DNA of 64,000 nt from Mobula hypostoma. Taxonomy: Eukaryota. Shown piece by piece: positions 1-14,199 of the stretch. A program made the translations under genes and the position numbers. How positions within the stretch are numbered: position 1 is the first letter of the stretch; every line of letters begins with the position of its first letter. The notes below the pieces were generated by a model that was given only the letters and a program-made list of their open reading frames with translations, made no database searches and was not told the origin of the DNA. The stretch spans positions 179,988,001-180,052,000 of the forward strand of contig NC_086097.1 of NCBI RefSeq assembly GCF_963921235.1, given 5' to 3'.

Positions 1-439
1 AAGTATTAGTAAATATGCTGGTGCAGAGACACCAGAGGATGCTTTATACTGGGACACAATCACCCAGCTGCAACATAACCCCACCTCTGGGGGCCAGCAG
101 CAGATGGTAGCCTCAAGGGTAGATGGTCAGTGAAGGCTCAGCCTGGGCACAGGGGCCGCTCGTCACAAAGCAAAACTTGCGCCTCAGTTCACAATAATCA
201 GATGTTCTGAAAAACTACTGCCAAAGAGTATGCCTTTTATAAAAACAAGGGCCACAACCATGGCCAGCTGTTCCCACATCTGCTTCCAATCAGTCACCTA
301 ACCAACCCCGTCAGTAGATGGAAGGTTTATGTTCAAGCAACAAAGAAACCAAAGGAAATTGGTATCATAATGGGAGATGAGTGGAAACATGAGAGAGAGG
401 AGCAGGAGTCGGCCAATCAGACCTTCAAGTCTATTCTAT

Positions 440-1177
440 TGTACGGGGTCTTTCTTTTTTTGTTAAATTTAAAATGGCTTCTTTGTTATGTTATACTGGG
501 GAATGCTGAGAAAGTCTCTAACTAGACAGTTGCTTGGGTTATTAGAGAAAGCAGGGTAATATTAACCAATGGGTGGTCATGTATCATTTTGTTTTCGGAT
601 ACGATGCTGTATCATATGACTGTGGACGGGGTTTTTGGGGGGGGGAGTCAGAGGAGAGACGGGGAGGACGGTGGACGGGGTTTTTGGCGGGGAGTCGGCG
701 GAGAGACGAGGAGGACGATGGACGGGGTTTTTGGCGGGGAGTCGGCGGAGAGACGAGGAGGACGGTGGACGGGGTTTTTGGGGGGGGAGTCGGAGGAGAG
801 ACGGAGAGGACGGTGGACGTGCGGAGAGGCTCCAGTTGATCACTTTGGGTGGTCCCGAGCCGTGAGTCGACAGGATTCGGGTGGTCGTCAGGAATCGATT
901 GAGCTCCAACGGAGCGCGCGAAGAACTTGGACTTTGATAAGTGTTAGCACCTTTTTTTTTATCCCCCATTACTTCCCTTTCTGTATCGAATTTATATTAA
1001 TGTCATAGAATTAGTAATATCTATAAAGTGTACTTGTTAAAATTTAGTGGGTGTGCTGGCTGATGATTGGTGTTTGGGCTTGATTCGGGTGGCAACCGAC
1101 CCTGCGGGGAGCGTTGAGGCGGGTGCTGGGTGGGATTTCCCATAGACATATACGAGCCAATATAACTGAACGTTACA
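440..1177. mobile_element. Solo LTR
   Basis: Termini TGTACG...CGTTACA with a 4-bp TSD CTAT (436-439, 1178-1181). It interrupts a CR1-type 3' tail. Confidence 0.8.
622..820. repeat. G-rich 47-49 bp tandem repeat x4 inside the solo LTR
   Basis: Unit gtggacggggtttttggcggggagtcggcggagagacgaggaggacg starts at 622, 671, 718 and 765, with a partial copy at 813. Confidence 0.9.
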
Positions 1178-2439
1178 CTATCATTTAATCAAACCATGGA
1201 TGCATTAAGTGACTCTTCAAGAGACAGTACCTCATCCATCATGAAAGACCTTCACCACCTGGCACAAGCCTTCTTCTCGAGACTACAACGGGGATGAGCT
1301 ACAAGGAGCCTGAAGACCCACATTTAATGTTTTAAGGACAGATTCTTCTGTTCCGCAATCAGATTTGTGAATGATCTGCAAATCCATGAACACTATCTAG
1401 TTATTTGTCCTTTACACTACTTACTTATTTTTTGTAATTTATAGCAATTTTTACATCTTACACTGTACTGCTGCCACAAGACAACGAATTTTGTGACACA
1501 CGTCAGTGACAATACATCTGATTCTGAGAATGCAGACGCTGGGATCTGGAGCAAGAGAAACACCCTACAGGAGGAACTCAGGGGGTGAGGCAGCTTTTGT
1601 GGAGACAGAGGGGTGGTCAACATTTTGGGCTGGGACCTTCCATCAGGATTGAGAGTCTAGAAGAGGGCTACGCGGTAAGTGAGAGGGAGAGGTGGGCATG
1701 GGCCTGTAGGAGATGGGTGGAATCAGGTGAGGCGGGGAGGGGCAACCAAGAGGGGGACGGGAGGGGAAGGTTGGAAGTTGGCAGCTGGTGGGTGCCAGGA
1801 AGAGACTGATCAAGCAAGCGTGAAGAAGGGGCAAATATGGAGAGGAGGTGAAGATAGGATGGAAAGTGTAAGTGAAAGCATAAAAGGCAGCGGATCCCGG
1901 AATTTAATATCAGTACAATCGTAGCTTTTTCAGAATCAGAAGCAGGTTTATTACTGTTGATGTTGGACATGAAATTTGTTGTTTTGAGGCAGCAGTACAG
2001 TACAAGACATAAAGATTACTCTAAGTTATAATTAAAAAATAAGCAAAAGCAGAATAGCAAGGTAACATTCATTGTTTCAAGGACCATTGAGAAATATGAT
2101 GGCAGAAAGAAGAAGCTGTTCATAAAATGTTCGATGTGGGTCATCAGGCTCCTTACCTCGTCCCCGATGGTAGTAATGAAAAGACGGTATACCCTGGATG
2201 GTGAGGGTCCTTCATGAGGTACCTTTTGAAGATGCCTCAATGGTGGGGAGGCTGGTGCTGGCTGAGTTTTAATATTTGTATTTCAGTTATGTCTCCTTTC
2301 AGCCTCCTCTGAACCAAAGAAGACAATTCCAGTCTCTCCTAACTTTCCTTATGGCTACACTTGTCCAGTTGCTGGAATATTCTCTTAAACCCCTTCGCAT
2401 CTTCTCCAGTGCAATTACAGTTCTCCTGTAATGACCAGA

Positions 2440-3180
2440 ACTGTACACTTTGGAAGATCGAAATTGAAGGCAGAGTGAATGCCAGGATTCATAGCAGAGG
2501 TCCACATCCATAGATCCTTCAAAGTTGCTGAGCAAGTTGATAGGGTGATTAAGAAAGCAAGTGGTGTGTTGGCTTTCATTAGTCAAATAATTTTCAAGAG
2601 AGGCAAGATAATATTGCTTTCCATCAAACTCTGGTTAGACCTCACTTGGAGTACTGTGTTCAGTTCTGCTTGCCTCATTGCAATGATGTGGAAGTTTTAG
2701 AGAGGATGCAGCGGAGATTTACTAGAAGGCTGCCTGGATTAGAGAACATGTTTTTGAGGAAAGTTTGAGCGAGTTCGGGCTGTTCTCCTTGGACAGAAGG
2801 AGGTCGAGACTTGACTTGACAGATATGCACAAGATGATAATAGCAAAGGTAAAGTGGACAGCCAGCACTTTTTCCCCAGGGTAGAAATGGTTAATACGAG
2901 AGGGTTAATATTGAGATGATTGGTGGAAAGTATGGGGGGGGATGTCAGAGATAGGATTTTTTACACAGAGAGTGGTAAGTGTGTAGAATGCACTGCTTGG
3001 GCTGGTGGTAGAGGTGGACACATTAGGGACCTTTAAGAGACTCTTAGATGGGCACATGGTGAAAGAAAACTGGAGAGCTTTTTGGGAGGGAAGTGTTAGG
3101 TTGATCTTCGAGTAGGTTTAAAGATCAGCACCATATCATGGGCCAAAGGGCCTGTACTGTGCTGTACTGTTCTATGTTCA
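2440..3180 (+). mobile_element. CR1 LINE 3' fragment (degenerate)
   Basis: ORF2 C-terminal remnant (VAEQVDRVIKKASGVLAFI) and the typical gggcctgtactgtgctgtactgttctatgtt tail. Confidence 0.75.
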
Positions 3181-4344
3181 GTGCTCAGTGGTAATTGGTG
3201 AACATGATCAGTGTTAAAGGAGATATTTTCAAATCTAACTGCAATTCAGACAGGTTGGTGAGCAGCAGAAAAGTCATCTGCTTGGTATTTTCAGCAGTTA
3301 GTGAACTGCGACTGAAAGAAAAGTCAAAGAAGTCTGAAAGGCTCTGATCTTTATCAATGCACTGTAAATTGTAAGAGATGTATGGGTTGATAAACATTAA
3401 ACTCAAAATATAGAATGAGTTCTTTAAACACTTTACAGCTGAGGATGTAAAATTGGGGGTGGTGGGGAGTGCTGGATGGTACTGGGCAGGAAGTTTTAAA
3501 GTCTCAAGCAATCTGACTCCTGATCTGAAACAATTCCAAATACTTTCCACCCACAGCAATTTCAGCTCACCATCCAAGTGACTCTTTAAAAGAAATAAAA
3601 TAAGATTTGGGATAAATTTGACTGGTGATGGGGAATGGGAAGTTGGGGAGGTGTTTTTTTTTAAGGGGTGGAATGCATTGGCAGTGAATTGGATAGGTAT
3701 ATTTAAGCACAGAATGTGCAGTGACTCAGATCTCTTTCCTGATCCGCACCAATGTTTCACATTTCTCAGGGTTACAAGGATTAGTCCAAATGTGAATCAC
3801 AAACATTTTGTAACCACATTCTTTCAGATCCTCATAATATAATCTACAACATTCTGCTGTGATAACTGTTCTGATGGAGACTTTACAGGATTATCTTTAC
3901 CAGGCAAAATATTATTTTTAAAGAGACAAGGTATTGTGAGTTTAAAGACAAAAGTCATTTCTGCAGATTCTGGAGGTTGGGTGCCTTGCTGTTAGGAAAG
4001 AACAGATGTGGAAGTGGTCCAAGTCCCTTTGTTCTATCCATATCACCTCTTTATATTTATCACAGACATGTCTTCAAAATGATAAAAGAGCAAATGTGTT
4101 TAAACTGTCCTGTAAAGTTGCTCTCAGCACTGGATTGTGTTGCTTGTATATACATTCAAATGTCATGTACGGCATACTGCCCCGCTTTCTACACGGTCCT
4201 GTATCAGTCCTACACTAATCCCAGCTCTCTCCCCACAGTCCTGTATCAGTTCCACGCTAATCCCAACTCTCTCCCCACAGCCCTCAAACTAAATCCTCAA
4301 ACTAATCTCACTGCCCTACTTTTGCTGAATTTATTATTTAAATG

Positions 4345-5200
4345 TTACATCTGTCCCACAACGTGAGGGAGTAAAAATCCATTATGACTCCATTGCAATG
4401 TACAGACATGTGAATTTATAAGTCTAATGGCTTGTCGAAAGAAGCTGTCCCGTAGCCTGTTAGTCCTGGCTTTTATACTGCGGCACCATTTGCCAGACAG
4501 AAGCAGCTGAAACAGTTTATGGTTGGGGTGACTGGTGGCCACGATGATCTTCCTGTCCTTCTTTATGCACCTGCTGCTGTACATATCCTCAATGGAGGTA
4601 AGTTCATGTCCACAGATGCGCTGGGCTGTCGGCACCACTCTCTGCAGTGCCCAGTGATCAAGGTTGGTGCAGTTCCCATACCAGACAATGATACAGCCAG
4701 TCAGGATGCTCTCAGTAGTGCCCCTGTAAAAGGTCTGAGGATTCTGGGGCTCATGCCGAACTTCTTCAGTCACCTGAGGTGGAAGAGACGCTACTTTTTT
4801 GCCACAAAGCCAGTGTGTGCAGTCCAGGTGAGATCATCGATGATGTGTACACCGAGGAACTTGAAAGTACTCACCCTCTCAACTGCAGATCCATTGATGT
4901 TGATCGGGGCCAGCCTGTCTCCATTCCTCCTGTCATCCACAATCAGCTCTTTTATTTTTGTACATTGAGGGAGAGATTGTTATCTTGGCACCACTGTGTC
5001 AGGGTGTCAACCTCTCCTCTGTAGACTGTCTCGTCACCATTAAAAATAAGGCCAATCAAAGTTGTGTCAACTGCAAATTTGATCAGCAGATTGGAGCTGT
5101 GTGTGGCAACACAGTCATGGGTGTAAAGGGAGTAGAGCGGGGGGGACTCAGGACATAACACTGGCAGGCACCTTTGTTGAGGGTCCGGGGTGGGGGAGCC
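4345..5200 (-). mobile_element. Rex1/Babar-type LINE 3' fragment
   Basis: RT remnants LYSLYTHDC...IKFAVDTT...WCQDNNLSLNV and FYRGTTESILTGCIIVWYGNC...RLRDSFF. Confidence 0.8.
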
Positions 5201-6239
5201 CAGCCTTACTACCTGTCAGCAATCCAATAGGAAGTCTAGGATCCAGCTGCACAAGACCTAACCTCCAGCTCCCAGCCCTGTATCCTCAAACTAATTGCAC
5301 TGCTATGCTCTCTTACCAGAGTCCTGTACTAATCCCCAAACGACTCTGACTGTCCCATTTCTTCCCCACTACCCTGTATCAGTCCCCAAACTAATCCCAC
5401 TGCGTGCTCTCTCCACAGTTCTGTATCAGTTCCAAACTAATCCCACTTACACCCTTTTCAATATGCATGGTTCAAAAAAAAAATGTCAAATTCACTGCCA
5501 ACTCAATGAACTTTCCACACTTGTAACCACTATCCACCATCACTGGCCGCAGACAGCAGGTGTGTTGAGAAGCTGATGTCAGGGTGAGGCAGGGTTTCTC
5601 CACAGAATGACACCAGACCCGAGCACAAAAGCACCCACAGCCCAAGTGCTCTGTCTTTGATCTATTGACTGTGAAGCCACCATGCATTCAGCCTTCATTT
5701 TGCCCTCATCTCTCCTCCCCACAAAGAAAGCTCTGAAACCTTAGTCATGATACGATAATGCTTGTGGACAGCAGATAATGGACGTAAGCATCGTCCCTGT
5801 TTCTTCATGATGTAAAGTGAATTAAAACAAGATTGCACAGCGAATGAACGTGTTTGCAGTTGAAAGGTTTAAGCCACAGAATGTTCTGCAATTTTGCCCG
5901 CTGTTCAAGTCCTTACAGGTTGGTGCAGATGCCTGGCTCTCAGTCATGTAGCTCCCTCCAGGATCTGATAATGCCTGGGCCCAATGCCAGAACTGCTTGT
6001 GGTTTAACTATGTATTGTCACAAGTGTTCCAAGGACAGAGAGGGGGAGCTGCAGTTAATTTCAATTTTTTGCTCAAGATTCAGGAGACACAGCTTACCCA
6101 ACTTCCCACCCATGCGTGTGGGGGTGGGGGAGGGGTGTAGTATGGTGACAAAGAAAGATTTGGATTGGTATTCTGCCCTGGGATGTCTCAAACAACAAAA
6201 CATGAAGAACTCACTGTAAGCTGCGTATCAACACAGACA

Positions 6240-7905
6240 CATCTCAAGGACGAGTGCTTAGCCCATTGCTCTATCTTCTCTACGCTGACGACTACGTGAC
6301 TAAGCACAATTCTTTCTTTTCAAATCTTCTTATTGTTATATTATACAAAAGAAACAACACGAGTACGTTGAAGTAACAACACTTACAATGTCTCAAAAAA
6401 GACATTATCTTAAAGATTGAAAAAAAACTGTGATAACAAAAAAAACCTACTAAGCAGAAAAAGTGGGGGGAAAACCCATTAGGTGTACAACCCCAGAGCC
6501 ATGCGTCATACAAAAAGCTTCTAAAAATAAACATCAAACCGCCAGCAAGAAAAGAAAATATACCAAAAAATTCACAATTTGATCGTGGAAAGAATCTATC
6601 AATTAGCTCAAATGATAATAACGAGCAAATGAGCCCCATCTTTTCTCAAAATCAAATAAAGGTTCAAAGATTCGACTTCTAATTTTCTCCAAACTAAGAC
6701 ATAGCATCACTTGAGAGAACCATTGTGACAAAGTGCTAAGCACAATTCAAACGGCTCTATAAATTCACTGACGACATCACTGTTGTTGGCAGAATCTCAG
6801 ACATAGAGGAGTGAGACAGATCATCTGATTAAGAGGTGTCACAACAACAACCTTGCGCTCAACATCAGCAAGGCCAAGGAACTGATTGCGGACATTTAGG
6901 GATCAGAGTGGACAGGGTGAGCATCAACATCTCAGAGGACCTATCCTGGGTCAACACACACACCAGCAGATCTACTCCATTAGGATTTTGAGATTTGGTA
7001 AGCCATTAAAGACTCTTGCAAATATCTACAGATATATGATAAAGAGCATTTTGGTTGCATCACAGTCTGGTATGGAGGAGGCTCCAATGCACAGGTTGCA
7101 GGTGGTAGCACACGCAGCTCCATTATGGGCACAATCCTCCCCGACATCGAGGGCATCTTCAAGAGGTGGTGCCTCAGAAAGCCAGCACCCACCATCCGGG
7201 GCATGCCCTTTTTGCACTACTTTCATGAGGGAGCCGGTACAGGAGCCCAAAGACCCAGACTCAATGTTTTCAGCACAGCTTCTTCCCCTTTATCAGCAGT
7301 TGCCTGGATTGGGGAGCTTGCCTTATGAGAATAGGTTGAGTGAACTCGGCCTTTTCTCCTTGGAGCGGAGGAGGGGTGACCTGATAGCGGTGTACAAGAT
7401 AATGAGAGGCATTGATCGTGTAGATAGTCAGAGGCTTTTTCCCAGGGCTGAAATGGCTATCATGAGAGGGCACAGTTTTAAGGTGCTTGGAAGCAGGTAC
7501 ACAGGAGATGTCAAGGGTATGTGTTTCATGCAGAGAGTGGTGAGTGCGTGGAATGGGCTGCTGGCGATGGTGGTAGAGCAGGATACGATAGGGTCTTTTA
7601 AGAGACTCCTGGATAGGTACATGGAGCTTAGAAAAATAGAAGGCTATGGGTAACCCTAGGTAATTTCTAAAGCATGTACATGTTTGGCACAGTATTGTGG
7701 GCCAAAGGGCCTGTATTGAGCTGTAGTTTTTCTGTGTTTCTATGTCTCTATTTGTAAATGGTCCATGAGCCAATGAACACGACCTTATTATTTATCTTTT
7801 GCACTATTTATTTCCATAATTTATAGCAATGTTTTTATGTATTGCACTCCACTGCTGCTGTAAAGCAATAAATTTCACAATACATGTTAGTGAGAATAAT
7901 CCGAT
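6240..7905 (+). mobile_element. Degenerate Rex1-type LINE interrupted by an L1 fragment and by a CR1 3' end (about 7300-7745)
   Basis: Rex1-like RT remnants flank a CR1 segment (ENRLSELGLFSLERRRGDLIAVYKIMRGIDRVD). Confidence 0.7.
6313..6735 (-). mobile_element. L1/Tx1-like LINE 3' fragment inserted into a Rex1-type LINE
   Basis: 13-bp TSD CTAAGCACAATTC (6300-6312, 6736-6748). Minus strand reads QWFSQVMLCLSLEKIRSRIFEPLFDFEKRWGSF, like an L1 ORF2 C-terminus, followed by an A-rich tail. Confidence 0.7.
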
Positions 7906-10900
7906 TCTTTTGTTATATTGGAAATGTAGCAAACAATTTCAGCATAGCAAGATCCGTCAAATGGGAGTGTGCTGACAACCAGACCAGCTGTTCTATTATA
8001 GTCAGAGGGAGTCATCAAGTCATACAACACAGAAACAGACTCAGCCCAACTTGTCCATGCTGACTGAGTTTCCCAGTGAACTAGTCCCATCTACCCACGT
8101 TTGCCCACAGCCCTCTAATCCTCTCCAATCCATGGACTTATCAAGGTGGCTTTTAAATGTTGCTGGTGTGCCCACCTCAACCACAATTTATGTCAGCTCA
8201 TTCCAAATACACACTACCCTTTGTACACAGAAGCTGCTTGATGTAGTGTTTCACAGAAAGTGGCTAGTACTTGTAAAATCATAGAGTCATACAACACAGA
8301 AACAAACAGGCCCTTCATCAACACTGGTCCGTGCTGACCAAGATTCCCATTTTCCCACATTTGGCCTATAACCCCTTTTAAATCTTATGCCTTTGATTTA
8401 AGACTTATGTCCTATGCCCTCTTGTTTTTTTTTCACAAAAAAAAAGTTTAATCCTATATCATGAAACTTCTAAATATGCAGTGCAGAGAGTATTCTGACA
8501 GGTTGTATCTCAGCCTGGCAGTGTAACTGCTCTCACCTGGACCAAGGGAATCTGCAGAGAGTGGAAAACACTGCCCCCTCCATCACAAGCTCACCACTAC
8601 CTTCCAGCCAGTCGATCTTCACTGTGTGCCACAATCAGTAGGCTAACAGTATCATCAAAGATGCCTGCCTTCCCAGTAATTCCATTTTCTCTCTTCACCT
8701 GCTGGGAGGAGATACAGGATGTTGAAAGCCTGAACAATGAGACACAAGAACAGCTTCTCCCTACTGCTAACAGGTTTCTGAACAGACCTCCTTGTGTCCA
8801 TATCTGGTCACCTCAATATAGGAAGGATGTTGAAGCTTACAAAGAGAGTGGTGGGAACATGCTGCCAGGGATGGTAGAGATGGGCACATGGATGAAAGAA
8901 AAATGGAGGGCTACATGGAATGGAAAGGTTCCATTGATCTTGGAATAGGTTTGAAAGCTGGCTTAAGCCCACATTGTGGGCTGAATAGCCTGGACTGTAC
9001 ATACTGTTCTGTGTTCTAAGTTAACTCCCTCTTCTCACTGATGCTGCCATGCTCTTGAGCTCAACTCTGCCAGTCTTGATTATTCTGTTGCTCTCACTCT
9101 ACCATTTCGTATTATACTACAATCCTCGCACAGTTATGGGGTTTTGTGACTGTTGCTGCATTTGTTGTTCCATTTATGTATCGGTTCATCAACGTCACAT
9201 GTACCAAGGTACAGTAAACTTTGTGCGGTACAATGTGACCTTTGTGCGAGCAAGGAATTGCATTGCAACCTGGTGTAAATAGTCCAAGTATCTAATTGAG
9301 CATTCACAAACCAGTAAGAAAGAATTAAACCATTAAGAGCCAAGCCCTCTTCCAGTCGGCTGAGATCCTAATAATTCAACACCATTGATTAGGGCTTACC
9401 AACTGATCATCAACCATTACAAGTCCAATTTCACCCACAGCACAAGTGTCAGAACATTTGGCAGAAGGTAGTGCTCACAGGTAAAGTAATACATTTTAGC
9501 AATTTAAATGCAATAATCTGCTTGAGAAAGTAGTCAATGACCCACACATCTTTGATCTGATTCCTAATCATCCCAGCTGCTCCCTCTCTACATCATGGTC
9601 CTTTGCCAAACAGGAACATACATGCTGTGTAAATTTGCCAAAAATGTTACAAGAATATTTGTCTTTTCTTCCAAAGATCTGTATTTTGACAATTTTTTTC
9701 TCTTAATACAGGCAAAATTCAAGATTTTAAAAATAGAAACCCTTGTGCAGTTTTCATACCAGTGATTTCAACAAAAGATCATCCACAAACTAAAGCCAAA
9801 GATTACCGCAGACAAGGAATCTCTTTCCATGACTCTGTCCTGCGAATTCATAGGACATGGAGCATAGTACAGTGCTCACATTGGCCCACACTGTCTGTTC
9901 TGACCATGACTCCAATTTAATTTCTGTGTTATTTGCAAGAGTACACACCTCTGATCGCTGACACGCCACACCATGGCACTTCTACCTCTGCTAACACACC
10001 CCACTGGGCTGCTTTTGTTCTTGGAGCCCATCCTCCCAACAGCTATTTGATTACCCACCACAGAGCTTCTCTCGATGTGGGAAGACCACAGAACTCCCAT
10101 CTGTTGTTATCTCCATCCATTACACACTGCCATGGACTCAGAGTAATACCGGACAGATCCAGGTCCTCGGGGCCAGCCAGCCCGTGCTGACCATGGTGCC
10201 CACCCAGCTGGTTGCAATTTCCTGTCTTCAGTACATATCACTCCAAACGCCGCCTTCATTAACCAGATGGTTAAGGAGTCTTCACTTGTCTTGAAAGGAG
10301 CAAAGTGGAATTTCTGTTAAGTGCAAGCATCGAGCAACAGCTTATCTGTAACATTTAATAAGTCCCCTCCATGGTTTGCAACCTTGTCCAAGGTCTGTTA
10401 AGAACATCTATCGTGCCACTTTGTGAAATCGAGAATCATAGAACAATACAGCACAGTATGGGCTCTTCAGCTTATGATGTTTAAATCCACTCCACAATCA
10501 ATCTCATCCCTCCATCCTACATAACCTATAGCCCTCTATTTTTCTAAAATCCATGTGCCTATCTAAGAGTCTCTTAGATGTCTCTGTTGTTTCAGCCGCT
10601 ACCACCACCCCGGCAGTGCATTCCACCTCTGTAAAAGAAAGACCACCTCTGACATCTCCCCTAAACTTTCCTCCGCTCATTTTCATTGATGTCCTCTGGC
10701 ATTGGCCATTGTCAGCCTGGGAAAAGGTTCTGGCCATCGACTCCATCTATGCCTCTTATAATCTCACTCACCCCTCATCCTCCATCACTCCAAAGAGAAA
10801 AGCCCTAGCTCACTCAATCTTTCTTCATGCATGATAGGAAACATTTAGTGAGAAAGATCATGTCCAAGTCTTGCTCTTGCTGCGGTACAGTAAGTGAGAA

Positions 10901-11229
10901 TTTGACTCCATTTCAGTTTCCTGGAAGTGATTGTTCACAAAGGAAAGTAAGGAGGCTATTCAGCCCATTAAGCTCTGTAGTTGTCTCCCTGGGTGGGTTG
11001 TTTGGGTGAATGTTCAGGGCATGAAGGGATTCAAAGAGAAGGCAGGAGATTGGGGCCAAGAGGAAAATTGGATCAGCCATGATGAAATGGCAGAGCAGAC
11101 TTGACAGGCCAAATGGCCTAATTCTGCTCCTATATCTTATGGCTTTATGGTCTAAGCTCAATTTAATGATCTGTTTGTCAAGGATGGTCTCTACCTCCTA
11201 TTCCCTTGACTCAGTCACTTCAGGCAAAT

Positions 11230-11570
11230 GGAGCTCATCAACTCATCCGGGAGAAGAAAACCTCTGATCTCAAACCTCTGCTGCCTTGTGGCTATACCTG
11301 CTCATGAGGAAGGCTTCAGGAGTAAACTCCAGAGCTGGAGTCCCTAAGGCAGTCCTATGTTGAGTTCAACGCTGACTGGCGACTCCTGCGAGTCTGCTGG
11401 TGCCAAACGGTATCGGTCTTTGCAGTTCCTTTGGGTTCATCAGATGCGTGGAGAGGAGAAGCTTGCTAAATGGGCAACAGTTTGCTCTCCATGTTGTAAT
11501 GCCCTGGCTTGCATATCTAGACGGCTAGAACACAATATTTATCGGTGACCCTGACTAACAGAGGCTTCAG
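11230..11570 (+). mobile_element. RTE-related non-autonomous fragment sharing its 3' end with the SINE at 26932
   Basis: Shared blocks gtgccaaac.gtat, ggagagg.ga..cttgc, tgggcaac and gactaac.ga.gc. Confidence 0.45.
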
Positions 11571-12299
11571 GAAGATTTAAGATGAGAGGGAAGACTTAAT
11601 AGGAAACTGAGGGGCAATATTTCACCCAGAGTGCAGTGGATATATATCAGAAGTGGTTGAGACAGGCAAAATAACATTTTTAAAAAGATAGTTGGGCAGA
11701 TACATAAATTGAAAAGGTTTAGGTTATGGGCCAAACACTGGCAAATGGGACTTCCTTGGATGGGACATCTTTGACGGCATTGTCCAGTTGGGCTGAAGGC
11801 TATACTTCTACACTCTACAACTCTGTGACGAGTGTACTGGTGGAACACAACAGGTCAGACAGCATCTATGGAGAGAAATAGACAGTTGATGTTTTGGGTT
11901 GAGACCCTTCATCTGGACTGAAAAAAGAGAGGGAAAATAGCGAGTAAAAAGGTGGAGCAAGAACTTCCAGGTGATGGTTGAATCCAGATGAGGAGGGATG
12001 ATAGACAACTGAAGGAGAGAAGAATAGAAATAGTGACAGGATTTGGGTGATGAAAGGTGGAGTAAAACTGACAGAAGGGAGAGAGGTGTGAAGGGAAGAT
12101 GGAACAGTGGGGAGAGTGGATGCAATGGCAGAAGTGTGTGGGTGATGGACAGATGGAGTGGGTGAAGGAGGGGAAAGAAACAGGGTAATGGGAGCTGGGT
12201 GGATAATGAGGAGAAAGAAAAGGGACAGAGGGGGAGCAGATTACCTATTCATGCTGCTGTGTTGTAGACTCCCCAGGCAGAATATGAGGTGCTGTTCGG

Positions 12300-12542
12300 T
12301 GTGTATTTAATACTTCAATAATATTTGAGTAATATTATAAGTATATTGTTTGATTAAGCATTCCTTATTGTTTACATAATTAATTTTGGTTATATGTACA
12401 AAGTGTGTGAATGGAATACATCATCACACCACCACGTCACTAGTACGCGCCTCACTGAAAGTTAACACTAAGCTAGAAACATTCCAAACTCCTGAATTTT
12501 CCTTTCAATTAGTTTAACATTTTGGAGTTACAAAATGTAACA
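12300..12542. mobile_element. Probable short solo LTR
   Basis: AT-rich block from TG to TGTAACA abutting a Penelope fragment. No clear TSD. Confidence 0.35.
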
Positions 12543-12619
12543 CAGTTCCAATGGGAAAGGCTGAAATAGATTCGGGAAGTGATATTACTCCAACATCTAC
12601 GGATGACATCTGTATTTAC

Positions 12620-13830
12620 TCAGGTGCTTTGTGCATGATAAGTCGTGTCTAACCAAACCTACAGAGGCTTTGAGGAGGTTACCAAGAAAGCTGATGAAAG
12701 AAAAGCAATGGACATTGTCTACATGGAATTTCGCAAGGCCTTTGACAAAAGAGGTTGTTTCAGAAGGTTCACTTAGCATTCAGGATCAAGTAGTAAATTA
12801 GATTCAACTTTAGCTTAGTGGGAGAAGCCAGAGAGTGGTGGTAGATGGTCGTCTCTCTCTGACTGGATGCCTGGGACGAGTGGCATGTCACAGGTATCGG
12901 TGCTGGGTCCATTGTCGTTTGTCATCTATGTTAATGATTTGGATGATAATGTGATAAATTAAATCAGTAAATTTGTGGATGATACCAAGAGTGGGGGCAT
13001 AGTGAACAATGAGGATGGCTATCTAAACTTGCAGCAGGATCAGGACCAACGGGAAAAATGGGCAGATTGAATTTAATGCAGAAAAGTGTGAAGTGTTGAA
13101 CGTTTGGAGGACTAACCAGGGTAGGACTTACACAGTGAACAACAGGGCACTGAGGAGTGTGATAGAACCAAGAAATCAGGAATCCAGGAAGTGGCATCAC
13201 AGGTAGATAGGGTCATAAAGAGAACTTTTAGCATATCGACCTTCATAAATCAGATATTTGAGCACAAGAGTTCAGATGTTGTGTTGAAATTGCACAAGAT
13301 ATTGGTATGGTGAGGCCAAATTTGGAGTATTCTGGTCACCTACAGACAGGAGAGATATCAATAAAGTTGAAAGAGTACAGAGGAAATTTTCAAGTATGTT
13401 GCTGGTGCTTGAGAACCTGAGTTAGAGGGAAAGGTTAAAGAGATTGGAACTTCATTCCCTGGAATGTAGGAGAATGAGGGGGGGTGGGATTTGATGGAAG
13501 TATACAAAATTGTGAGGAGTATAGATAGGGGGAATGCAAGCAGGCTTTTTCCACTGAGGTTGGGTGAGACTAAAACTGGTCATAGGTCAAGGGTGAAAGG
13601 TGAGATATTTAAGGGGAACTCAGGAGGGGGTGCAAATATGGAACAAGCTTCAATTAGAAGTGGTGGATACATGTATGATTGCAACATTTAAAAGTTTGCA
13701 TAAGTACATGGATGGGTGGGAGGGGTATCAGGGCTAGGCCTGGGTGCAGGTTGATGGAACGCAGTAGAAAAACAGTTCAGCATGGACTAGATGGACCAAA
13801 GGGCCTGTTTCCGTACTGTAGTGCTCTATG
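12620..13830 (+). mobile_element. CR1 LINE 3' half (degenerate RT)
   Basis: Remnants resembling YMEFRKAFDK and KFVDDTK, plus a CR1 tail. Confidence 0.8.
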
Positions 13831-14199
13831 ACAAGGTGGAAAGAGAGTGAAGGTCTCAGGGTGCATTCTGATGCATATTACATTTGCTAATCAATCAAAA
13901 TGTCTCAGTATTGATCAAATTATAGACACGCAACCCTAAAGCATAAAAACAAAGGCATTATCCAAGTAACATGTCCACCATGCCAAATCTCAACTCAGAG
14001 ATACTTCTGCATTCAACATAAGAATCAACTGAGTTGAGAGATTACTGATAAATTTAATCTTAGTTGCCAAGTCGTGTCACATTTAGCAACAGTCCCAAAA
14101 TAATCAATAAGATATCAAAGGTTACCTGTGTTCTAATAACACCACAATTAATGCTGCTCTCACCTGGATCTCCTCCATCTCCCAAACATCCGTGCTCAC

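Noticed and set aside
5530..5690. Possible laminin exon 3 (an LWVL motif on the minus strand)
   Set aside because: The flanking residues do not match FANSPRPDLWVLERS. Exon 3 appears to lie outside the window.
6886..7653. 255-aa ORF
   Set aside because: Chance in-frame fusion of degenerate Rex1 and CR1 fragments.
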